Source: the human T2T-CHM13v2.0 reference genome, Homo sapiens
Assembly (NCBI RefSeq): GCF_009914755.1
Contig: NC_060935.1
DNA: 64,000 nucleotides
Direction: 5' to 3' (one strand)
The notes under the pieces are model-generated. The model did not search any database, had not been told where the DNA came from, and saw only the letters and a program-made list of their open reading frames with translations. The translations under genes were made by a program, and so were the position numbers. Below, in pieces: positions 23,768-34,865 of this stretch (position 1 is its first letter; every line of letters begins with the position of its first letter).

Positions 23768-23900
23768 GCTCAGGCAGGCGCTAACTTTCCTTAATATCCA
23801 CGCCAGCGCCGTCCTCATTGGCTGCCCGGCCCGCGTGACGTCATGGCGGCTAGAGTTGGGCACAGCTCTGCGCCGACTAGTTTTCCGGCCGGGCGGGAGC
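23768..23900 (-). promoter_or_regulatory. PAX6: PAX6 P0 promoter
   Basis: ATATTAA (23791-23797), CCAAT (23817-23821), palindromic CRE TGACGTCA (23836-23843), YY1-like ATGGCGGC (23843-23850). Confidence 0.85.
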
Positions 23901-26900
23901 CTGCTTCTCCCCACCCAGGGTCCGGCCGGCTCCAACCCCTGCTTTGGCCTTCCTTGGCCCGGCCTGTGACTGCTCTAGCCCGGCCCGGTCCAGCCTGGGC
24001 CGCCGTCCTGTATGGCGTAGAGTCGATCCCCAGGAAACTAGTCTTGCCGAGTGCGCTCCTCCGCACCTTCGGGCACTAGGGCCCCAAGATCTCTGCCCTT
24101 AGGCTGGCCAGCTACCTCTCTGGGTAATCACCCTGTCCCCTCCTCCGATCCCCAAGGGAGTCCCTTCATCGGAGAGACCCGAAGGCCGCGCCGGGATGGA
24201 GAGGCGCTTTTGGCAGGAATCATTTTTAGGAGGAGTTCGAGGCTCGATGAGTACCCTCAACCTGGCCCTCGAGCCCGCAAGTCACTAGCTGGGCACAGAC
24301 GGGGGCTCCGGGAAGAGGACATGCGACCCCTTTTTCAGGGCCTAGGCCAAAGGTCTCTCCAGGCCTGCTGGGTTCTCAAGAGGGAAGCCCTAAAGGGGGC
24401 CTACCCGGGCTTCCCTCGCCCTCTGGCTGAAAGGCTCCAACCACATTAGAAAATGTAGGTGATTGTATTTATCTTTGACTTTGAATTAACTGTTGACTTT
24501 GTGACTTAGAGGAGGAAAACAGGAAAATCCCAGATTCTGAAGTCAATACTCATAGAAATTGGGGCGGGGTCTGCAGGACACTGACTTGCTGGTCTGTGCC
24601 TGTTTTTCCCTCACACCTTCTGTGGACTGCGAGATGGCTTAGCGGAGCTAGGCCTGGCTATCTTGGAATGGAGATTTAGACCCTCGTTGTCATTCCCGTC
24701 CCTCATCCCTCAAAACAGGAAGCTTCTCAACTCCTTCCCCTATGCTTCCATCTGGCTCTCCAATTTGAAAGTGACAGTGGTGGGGCCCGGAGGGGCAGGG
24801 GTCACTTGAGGAGTTTGCGGGAGAGGAAGGGGCGGGGCGTGGAATTTCCTTTAGGCAGCTCGTGGAGACCCAGCCTGGGTGGACCCGGGAGTGTGTGTGT
24901 AGAAGCAGGGAGGGGGACGCCTGGGCCGGAGGAGGGTCCTAGGGCCAGTCCCTGCGCGCCTTGATCCGGGCGGCGGCTAAGGGAGAGCCGAGCACAGATG
25001 GCGCCGAGGCGGAGGTCTAGTGATTCCCGCTCCCGCCCCTGGCACACCTGGACAGGTGCCGGGCCTCGCAACCGGCCAGGAGGCAGCTCCAGGCAGCCCG
25101 TCTGCCCACTCCTCTTAGCCCGGACAGCTCCTAGCTGGACTTGATTTTTTGTCTTGCTCAGCCCGTCGAGGACTGGAGGGCAGAGTAGGGGTGGGAGTGG
25201 GGGTAGGGGTAGAGGTGGGGGTGGCGGTGAAGGTGGGGAGGAGAATGGGAGCTTTGGCTGAGAAGTTTCCGCAGGATGTTCTTACTTATTTACAAACATT
25301 CTCCAAACTTTCTTTCTTCTTCCTAACGCCCTGGGCATCCTGTGTTAAGGCCTAGGAGCGCCCACCTCCCACTGGCCACTCTAGTCTGGGCCTAGACCTT
25401 ACCATGGTCCTGTCGCCCTGCTCGGCTGGGAAGGGATGCTAAGAGAGGCATTTGTTCTGGTTTCCCTGTCGCCGTCGGCCATCTCCAGTGACCTAGTTTC
25501 TTGGTAAGCCCCTAGCTCCCCTCCAGGACCTGGCCCAGCCTCCAGCCTCAGATGTCCTGAGGTCTCCCAGACTCCGCCGTCCGCCTTGGCGTGTGGGCTG
25601 CGGATAGGCCTCGGACCTGTGTAGGCCTTCCTAGCTGGCCAGTTTCTGTCCGGGTCTCGCTCCCCACACTGTACCAACCCTAGGCCGCCGAGAGGGCTGT
25701 TATGGGCTTGTTTGGAGTCCAGGCCATTAAGTGTGCGCAAATCCCTGCAACCCAGCAGGGTGCTCGAGAGCGACTCTGGAAACGCCACGGCCCCCGCCTG
25801 CTTATCTGCCTGTCAATAAAGGGCGCGTTCGGGCTGCGCGGGAGCGCCGGTGGTGCAGGCGAGGCCCGAACTAGGCCCTTCCGAGCTCCGGGCCAACGCA
25901 CGAGCCGCTCTCCATTTGTCCCGGGCAAGGAGGCTGGGAGGGAGGGAGCCGGCTCTGGGGTCGCCGAGGGAGAAGGTGCGGGTTTAGCCGCTGCCTCAGC
26001 TGGATTCTTGGAGAAGCGCTCGACCTCGGAGCACTCTGGAGACCCTACCAGAAATCTAGTGCTGGGGGCTCCTCTCCGCGCCTGCCACCAGCCTTGGAGG
26101 AAGCTGGGCAGGGCCCCGTGTGGTGCCCAGCCTACGAGGTCCCACCTCGCCTCTCCCTGGCAGAGGCATCCTCTCTAGGCCACACTGGCTCGCATTGCGG
26201 GAAGAAGGGCACCGCGGGCGGCCCGGGGGCATCATCGACGACTCGTAGAGCCCCAAATGCCGAGTGCTACCTGAGGCAGGCTGTAGCTGGGGTGAAAAGG
26301 ACCGGAAGCGGGAAAGAAACCTCTTTTCTTTCAGGCCTCCCTTCAGCCCGGGGTAGCACAGACTGCAAATTTCCGACACCTAGGGCAGCTCCAGGCTCTG
26401 ATTCTCCACCGCACAGTGAGCGAGCTCGGCAGCCGCCCAGTCTGCGTAGGCTCCCAGGCCAGCCCCGGCCCCAGAGCTTCCCCATCAGCCAGCAGAGGCT
26501 GGGTGGAGAGCCTGGATGGGCGTGAGAGGCCTTGAAGTAGGGGAAGTAGTGGAGAGAGAGAAAGATAGAGAAATCGGCTCTTGGCTTGAACTGTTGTTCT
26601 TGTCGAAGGTATGTTTTCCCCTCCCGGCCTCTGTCGCTTTTCCTCTCTCCCCTTAACTACTTTATGCAAATAAAGCCGCTTCCAGACTGGAGGAGCCCCT
26701 ACCGCTGGATCTGTGCTACCAGGTGGGTGGGAATTGATTTAGTATTTGCCTTTTTATTGAGAATAGGCACTGAGTCTCCCACCAATTATAAAATAAAAAT
26801 GGATTTTCCTCTTAAAATTTAATTTTACTCAATCTGGAAGATAATGCATCCTGTTAATTTCTACAATATTTTTAAAAAAGGATTCCAGGGTGAGCGCTAA

Positions 26901-27415
26901 CTTATAAAATGGTTTAATAAAGCTTTTCCATATACAAATTAATAGGAGAGGAAAAAGCCCCTAAATAATTGATTTAAAATACTGTGTATTATTTGAGTGT
27001 CATTTCAAATAGCTGTACAAGCCAGTAATCAATATATCATCTAAGGAATCTAATTTACTGGGCAGTACGTGTGGCTCTTGCTCTTCCTTCCCTCTCCACT
27101 TCCTCCCCTTTAAACAGAAAACTTGTTTTAACAAGATTTTTATTTTAAATCAAAATTGAAGGAAAGTTTTGTGAATTCGAGCGTCAAAAAGGGGACTATT
27201 TAGCAAAGATAATATTTGCCATCTCTTCACCCCGGTCTCAAGGATTGCATAATGGCATGATTATGTGCAATTCTGTGTTTTCTCTGCTATTAATTTATTT
27301 TCCTGCTCTCATTTAAATAACTACTTTACTTTTTTCTCTCTTCTATTTTGCCACACCATAAAAAGTTTTCCCGGACCTCTGTGGAAAATCTCCAATCCTT
27401 CCAGTTAGCTTTGTC

Positions 27416-27468
27416 ACAAACAAACAAACAAACAAAAAACAAACAAACAAACAAAACAAAACAAAAAA
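27416..27468. repeat. (AAAC)n/(AAAAC)n repeat
   Basis: Direct reading. Confidence 0.9.
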
Positions 27469-27539
27469 CTCTACAACAATCAATTTGAGAAAACTCTGCT
27501 TTTTCTTTCCTTTTAAACATTTTCATATTAAGTCAGTTT

Positions 27540-27860
27540 GTGGCACCATGTTTGATTTCTTTCTCTCCCTTGTCCGGGTAGAGATGGAGACATTAGCTGA
27601 ATTCCCTGGGGGTGATTGGATGCAATTCACTGAAAGTAGACAGGCACGTCCTGGATGTTAGAAATTCACTTTTTCTCAACGTGACAAGGCCGGCTTCGAT
27701 CTACAATTGTATTTGAATGGGCAATGAGCGGAAAGATCTCTCATCATTAAGCTTGCTTCTACTTTAGCAAAATAAGGAGAGCCTTCATTTGCACACAAAT
27801 GCTCATAAAACTCGGATTCCCTGCAACCCTTTAATAAAAAAGGATTGCTGCATAATTTAA
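27540..27860. promoter_or_regulatory. PAX6 lens/surface ectodermal enhancer (EE), about 4 kb upstream of P0
   Basis: Minus strand GATCTTTCCGCTCATTGCCCATTCAAATACAATTGTAGATCGAAGCCGGCCTTGTCACG matches recalled EE core (Pax6, Sox, Meis sites). Confidence 0.8.
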
Positions 27861-27989
27861 ATTGGAGGCCAGGGGAAGGCTGAGAGAGGGAGATGAGGGG
27901 GTTTCAACTGAGTCCCCTCCCTTCCCCCAAAAGGTCCATGTGATCGAGTTGACTTTTTTACTTTAAATCTTAAATAAGATGTGAGTTGT

Positions 27990-28310
27990 AACAAGAGGAT
28001 TGGCACTTACTCCGTGACCCTTATAATTGGATTAAATATAGACTGAGACGTACAAAAACACACCAAGATTGACACCTGCCAACTGGACTTCCTTATGATT
28101 GATTGTGATGCTTCGTGCTGGCAACAATAATGAAATAAATTGTACGGATAAAACAGCACATTTGTCATTTCCGTGCCATGAGTGAGGAAGTCAACGAGTT
28201 AGGCAAGCTGTTAGCTGACAGGCGCGAGCGGGAGGCAAGCTAAAGAGATAAATAAGGATTCCAGGCATTGACAGGACAAATTATAACTTGTCACAACCTT
28301 TTTAAATTCA
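27990..28310. promoter_or_regulatory. PAX6 pancreas (P) enhancer adjacent to EE
   Basis: Cluster of TALE sites: TGATTGAT (28096), several TGACA/TGTCA and TGACAG, plus TAATTG; position just distal to EE. Confidence 0.65.
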
Positions 28311-31049
28311 GAAGTTTTCAATTAACATATATATTGCTGTTACATATAAGATAAGGGGGCACTGACGTAAACACGCGTGGGGTGCAGGGACCCCCCCCCC
28401 CAGTGCCAAGGGTTTGGGCATCCGGGCTTGGGCATCCAGGCCTCTCTGGCTCTGTTCTCCCATTCTGGCAAGCCGGAGGGCACCCAGGTTTGCATGGCCA
28501 GCCTGTAGGCCCGGGGCTCCGTAAGGTGGGTGAGAGTGTGATAGGCTAAGTGCAGCTGCTTCTTTTGCTAGGAGCCCCAGTTCACAGGTCCAGCACCCTT
28601 TCTTCATGGAAGCAAAGCTCCCAGATCAAGGGAGAGGCTGGGCGAGGCCTGGGCCCAGGTCTGGAAGGACAAGTCCTGCTCTGTCTCCTGGAGTCCTATG
28701 TAAGGAGTAAGAGATAGAGGGCAGAGGCTCCCCCTTTTGCGCTCCAATGTCTTGCCCTCATAGGAAAATCTGAGCTGCTGGACACAACATATCAACAATG
28801 GCCACATCCTGTGGGCAGGCCTAGGCCACTGAAACCTGGTGTGGCCTGAGGCTGCTCCTGAGCTCTCAACTCCTTCTCTGACTCACCGGCCCAGTGCCGC
28901 CAAGGAACCGGTCCTGTGTCCTACCTAGGAAGAGCTGCTTTTCCCTCCTCAGACTTTGTTTCTGGTACAGTTCCCAGGGCTCTTCCTTGACCCATGGGTA
29001 GGAACGAGTTTGCCAGTGGGTCCTTGATAACCTGAGGCCATTCACCTAGAGCAAGTGAGATTTTCAGAGGAGCAAAGCGCTGGAGTCACCCTGTGAGGCT
29101 GCAAGTTAGGGGAAGCCATGAGATTTCTGGGGAAGTCTAGGTGTTGTGACTGTGACTGGGGACTGCTGTGGGTGAGGTTTGAAGAGTGTGGAGGGACTGT
29201 AAACTCTGCAACCATCTTCACCCCAAAGGAGGCTGGCTTTTTGGTTTTAAAGCTAACCCCTATCCTAAAGCAGAATCTAGACTTGCAGGGCCTCTCTGAA
29301 CTCAGGTCCCAGCCTCCCCGCAAAGTCCAGCTGGAAAGGAAAGTTTGGGCGGGAAGCGAGCGTCCCCGGGTCTGAGGCTGCTGGGTGGAAAGCTGGCCTA
29401 GGAGGGCGAGTAGGGAGCAAAATAGGGCCTGGTCCTTGCGGGGCCGGGGAGCTAGAGGCCGCAGGAAGCTGGGAGGGCCCTTTCCAGGCAGGCAGGGCAG
29501 CCTCCTGGCGCGGCCCAAGGCGCGAGGCAGCCGCTGGCTAGGGAGGTCCAGTCTCCTGCAGGCCAGGGAGGGCTTCCTCTGGGTGCAGCCGTCTCCCTCC
29601 GCTCCTCAGCTTGGCTACTTGGTGCTCGGACCCCGCATCCTAGTCCTCGTCCTTGTGGGACAGAGGCCAACCTTGCTGTCGAGGCCCCAATATGTCACCA
29701 CAAACACTCCCAGAACAAGAGCATCAACCCCAAGCTCCAGAACTTCTGGTCTTAGCCTACTGGAGCCTGCCACCAAATTAAACACCGCGAAGGCTTTGAA
29801 TCCCTGCAAAGACGGAGCCTGGAAGAAAGGGAGGGAGGAAAAGGGAGGAAAAAAAACAAGTTACATGGAATTAGTTGGAAGCGGGCGCATTCCCCAGCGA
29901 CCGCGGCCATTAACATTATAATCTCAAACGCCATTTTTTATGTAACACTATTGTTAGTAAATCAACTCCTCAGGTCCTCAGAGACGCTGACCCCTGGCAA
30001 TTCAGTGAAAGTGTAATTATCTCCCCGAATCTTGGACAGATTTAAGAGATTACATTTCAACTAAATCTATATCAATGCTAATTCCCTCTCTCCCCCCAGC
30101 CTGCAGGTGCTAGGCACGGGAAATGGCGTCAGGCCCCAGCAGAACGCTTCACAAAGAGGAGAGGGCTAGCTGTGTACAGGGCCAAAAGAAATGAAGCCCC
30201 ACATAAAATTACACCTTTTTTTTTTTGCTACAAAACCTGGTTCTTATATAGCAAAGTTAAACAAAGCAGCTATGCTAAATTAGCGTTACATAAAGGCGAG
30301 TTTAATGCTCGGTTACAGTCAACTGGTGTATCTCTGATGGCTAATTGTCTATCAAAATTAAAGAGAAAAGAACAAATGATTCGTTATAAGAAGGTGTTAA
30401 AAGCCTCAACAAAAGGACATTTCACAAATATAATATCGGCAGCTCCCGGATTGCCTGCGGGGTTGTTCAGGCCCCGGGCCTGCACAGCTATGAGAAGTGG
30501 GGTGCAGGGTGCTATTTGCCCAGCAAAAGCTCATTTCCTCCCAAATGAGTATAATGAAAACCCGAGAGGCGATATTAGTGTAAAGATCGGGATTAGTCCA
30601 AATAGGAGCCGCGGACTTGGGCTTCAAAGGCGACCCCTACTCTTTTTGCCCAGTCTGGGGGCGGAGGGCGCTCGAAGGGATACTTCAAGGACACCACATC
30701 CAACTTGTCGCAGCCCCACGTTCAGGCACAGGAGGGAGCGAACATTGGGCAGAGGGTAATTTCAACAAAGGACGGCAGGCTCCGGGGATCCCGGCTTTTC
30801 CCTGAGTTCTCTGGGTTGGAAGGAGAGGGTCCGGGCTCTGTCGGAGGAGTGGGTACAGCCCAGCACATGCTTTTCTGACGCGCAGCGCTGGCCTGGGGAG
30901 GTGGGTGCAGGCTGCTGCAGCCAGCCCCCACCCCGCCCCAGGCTGGGAAGGACGCAGAGTATAATACGACGGCCCCCTTCCCCAAGGGGACACTAGATCC
31001 AGAGCTCCAGGCATATTTGTTGTTCAAAGTTAATTATACCTGAAAGCAA

Positions 31050-33150
31050 CCAAAATGCGCACGCCAGGCCCACGGAGGCCGATTGCCGACCAGCGTAGCC
31101 GGCCCGCAGCGCCAGAGAAGCCGCTCACTCCGGCGGAGTCTCTGCAAGAGAATCTGAGGCTGGGGAATAAAAGCCGAAACTAAATCAGGCAGCAAGAGTA
31201 ACAAACCATCTGGAAAATGGACCCACGGAGCCGCAAGAATGTACTTTTTTTTTTTATCCTTGACAACTTGTGTCCTAAAGAAAGTGTATTGAAGATAATT
31301 GAAATGATTACAATTCATTGCTGCCTGACTTTGAATATGAACAGTCACATAATGACATCCCCGCCACACAACAACAGTTTAATTTCCATTATCCGACTTC
31401 GGGATCCTAGCGCCAGCCGCCGGGGCAACGTGGCGCTAATGCAGAAATCTTGGCTCCTGCCTGCATTATTCATTTCGGGGACGTGGGGATGGGATAGGAG
31501 TGGAGAGTGGGTTTCTTCCCCTCCCCCGAACTTATTCTGAAAATCCCGGGGACCAATGGACACCGAGGAACCGAAAGCCGAGAGAATAGCTGTCAAGGGG
31601 CCACTTTGACCGACGGGGCTGCGGTCGACGGCGCTCCCCGGCTGTCTTTTTGTCCCAGGGGTTCCCAGGCCCGCAGGGCTAGGATCCCCCAGCTCCCACC
31701 CTAGTCAGTCCCAGTCAGGGAGGACCTAGGCCAGGGCCTCCTCCCAAGGCTGTCATCTGGCGGGGCAAACGCTCTTCTCTCATTCCTTCGTCTCCCTTCC
31801 AGCCCTCGCATCCTTTCCTTCTTTCTGCTTCAGAGCTCTCAGGCTCGCGTGCAGGGCGGGATGGGCCCGGATCGGGGGCCCCTTCGCAGATTTGAAAGTT
31901 GCCTCGGCCTTGATCTTCTCCCAGCCTCCCTGCTGGGGACTCACCCCCACATCCCGCTACCCCCCGGGGAAAAGCGAAGAAAGCCAGAGTCTCTTTGCAC
32001 GGCGGGGACGCTGGCGCTCACCTCTGGGCGCGGCCTCGGTGGAGCCTCAGGGCCAGGGCGGGGTGTGGCGGGGTGTGGCCCGGTGGGGTGAGGGAGGGAC
32101 CCGGGGTGCAAGCCAGGCCAAGGCCTCCTCAGTGCGCAGGCGCCGTTCGGGCCCGCCGCCCCCTCCCAAGGCGTGGGGTCCCGGGGACAGACCCCGAGCC
32201 CCTCTCTGCGCAACTACCGCCTCTAAAAAAAAGACCATCTGGTAATTGTCTTTCTTTAGATCTTCCCTTAATTATGCTTTTAATTAAAGATGGTTCAAGG
32301 CACCGGACCACATGAAGGGCAGTAATTACAAATTACATTACAAACCCGACAGACGTAGCAGGATCTGCTGGGAAAAAGGTACCGGAATAAAAATTTGACT
32401 AAAGTTTGGGATAAATTAATCGGTGGCTTGAAGAACAGTAGCACATTTCTGATTATGTAGGCTCCAGCCAGGATTTAAGTTTTGTGTCATGATTGTTTTC
32501 ATATTTCTTTGACATCTATTGATTTGGAGGCAGCTGCAAGCCTTTGTCACAGGAGAGAAGAGCAGTCACAATATATTAGCTTGATGGCATAACTCGAACC
32601 GGAGAAGCGAGGGGAGCCTGAGTGACTGGGGCGCACATGACCCCCCTCCTGGGGCCTTTGGGCTCAACCCTTACTTTTAACTTGTTCTAACAGGAATAAT
32701 GGAGTAGTACTACTAATGCATGGTCAGAAGGGGCTTTTCTGTCTAGAACGCAGGCGGCGGGAGTTGCACCGCCACAGCCCGGGAGACCAAAGAGTCTCCA
32801 CTCCCCGCTCCCGGCGCCTCCTCGCCGACCGGAGCCCCGAGCCCAGTGAGCCCAGCCGGTCCCACGTCGAGAGGCGCTGGGTTGGGAGAAGTTCTGCTGG
32901 TCGTGGGCTCGGCCCCCAGGCGCCAGGCCGAGTGCCCACCTCGGCTTCTTTAGGGGGCCTACAGCGGGCAGCCGAGCGGCTGGCGGACCCGGAGCTTGGG
33001 AGGCGACCGCCAGGCTGGTGCCCGGCCTGACCCGGCGTTCGCGGCCGCCCGCTCGCCCGCCGCGGGCCGGGAGCGTACAGGAGTGTGACGCAGATTGTGA
33101 AAACAGAAGGGAGGGAGTTGGGTCATTTCCTTCGCTAATCATCGCCCCCT
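31050..33150. other. Upstream CpG island
   Basis: High GC and CpG density. Confidence 0.7.
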
Positions 33151-34865
33151 CCTGCTCCTCCTCCCCACCCCCATCCCATCCTCGCCGCCACCCAGCCTCG
33201 AACTCTCTTCCTTGCCAGAGTCTGCCTCACTTTGAGCCAGTGGCTGCACTTTATGGAGAAAATATATGTGCCCATCACTCACCCATCTATTTGCAGCGTC
33301 CATGGAGCGCCTCGGGGAACACGCATGGACAATTAAACACACCCACTTACGGCGGGATGATGAGGCTTTCTGTTAACCACATGTGTTCAGAAATGGATAC
33401 AGCCCTAATTTTGACACGGAATGCAGCTAATGCACCTTGCTATAGATGTACGTCCGTTGGAAAAGTGTGTGATGGGCACCTGATCTACACCAAGAGAACA
33501 GGGCTGTCTGCAGAAGACCCAGCGGCCTGACACCTTTTCTTGTTGCCGGGGAAGGAAAGTTTTTCTTTTGATTTGTCCTCTCACGATTTTTCCCTTTTCC
33601 TTTGCATTACAGTTTCAGAGAGGAATGTAAATATTTTGACTAGACCTCTGCAGGGGCCTTTTAAACACCAGGCACAATCATCTGTGGAATACTGTAGTTC
33701 ATACTTTCAAAACTTGGGTGTTAAAGAGTCTGTCTTGCTGAGGAAACCCATAGAACTAGTGGCGACCTTTCAACTCCCTATTTGTGTGATGAAATGAAGT
33801 ATGCCCTAGTGATTGTCGAATTTTAAGGACTTGTTCTGTCACTGCTACTTTCCGATCGTTTGCAGGGAAGAAAAATCAATCAAACAGACCTTTGATGGGG
33901 TTGTGGCAAGGTCACATTTCACTGTGCTCCAGGCTTACCTCTTCTTAACGCCCCTCCCTGCTGTGGAGCGTGTGCAGGTAGTATGCAAAACTCTAGAAAT
34001 AATATTTGAAAAAATTAACACCTTGTTTATCTCTTCTGTGTATTTGATATAGGGGTTTCTTTCTTTTCCTGTTTTGGTGTTTAATACAAGGCTGATATAT
34101 TGGAACAGAATGCAGACTTCAAAGAAACTAAAATTAGGAGGCAAATAGCGTCAAGGTTTCCTCGGTTTCTGTATGTAGTACAAATAGTATAGCGTCTTTT
34201 CATCCAAAAAGAAGCAAAAATTGCCAGGAGGCATAAAGCATCTCTGAATATCCGTTTTTTTTAAAGAAACAAACATTTCCCAAATATTGATGTACGCATG
34301 GTTTTATAGTCTGAAAATATTTCTAGGCACAAATATGGCATACAAACATTCGTTTCAACTCTGTCGTTGTTGTTAAAATGACAGTAAATTATAGTTTATT
34401 TTAAGATACCTCCCTGTTAATGTCAGTTGAGGTTATTTTAGGGCCTGGATGCTCTAGGAAGACCACCTAAAATGTGTTTATTTCTCTGCCCAATTCACCT
34501 ATAGTGTAAGGAGCATTTTATTTTATTTTATTTTATTTTATTTTATTTTATTATACTTTAAGTTTTAGGGTACATGTGCACAATGTGCAGGTTTGTTACA
34601 TGTGTATACTTGTGCCATGTTGGTGTGATGCACCCATTAACTCGTCATTTAGCATTAGGTATATCTCCTAATGCTATCCCTCCCCTCCCCCCATCCCACA
34701 ACAGTCCCCAGAGTGTCATGTAAGGAGCATTTTAAATAAAATATTTTGGGCATCCTTAAGTCCTTTTTTAAAAATCCAACATTCTACAATTGTGACAAAT
34801 AGGCTGAAAAATTTTGTTTTGTTTATACCAAATTCATTTTAATAAAGCATTTGCTGAGATTTTAA
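32150..34865 (+). ncRNA. PAUPAR: Probable PAUPAR lncRNA (unspliced, about 8.5 kb upstream of and antisense to PAX6); ends approximate
   Basis: CpG island about 8.4-9.3 kb upstream of P0; AATAAA at 34735-34740 and 34841-34846; location from recalled annotation. Confidence 0.5.
34516..34718 (-). mobile_element. 5'-truncated young L1PA 3' end
   Basis: (TTTTA)n tail, TTATACTTTAAGTTTTAGGGTACATGTGCACAATGTGCAGG L1PA 3'UTR; perfect 16-bp TSD TGTAAGGAGCATTTTA (34505-34520, 34719-34734). Confidence 0.93.

Larger units (their letters stand above)
21700..26500. other. CpG island cluster around P0
   Basis: High GC and CpG density. Confidence 0.75.

Noticed and set aside
30172-30759. 195-aa ORF in a partly AT-rich region
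   Set aside because: Starts at GTG, no recognisable homology, overlaps a probable enhancer
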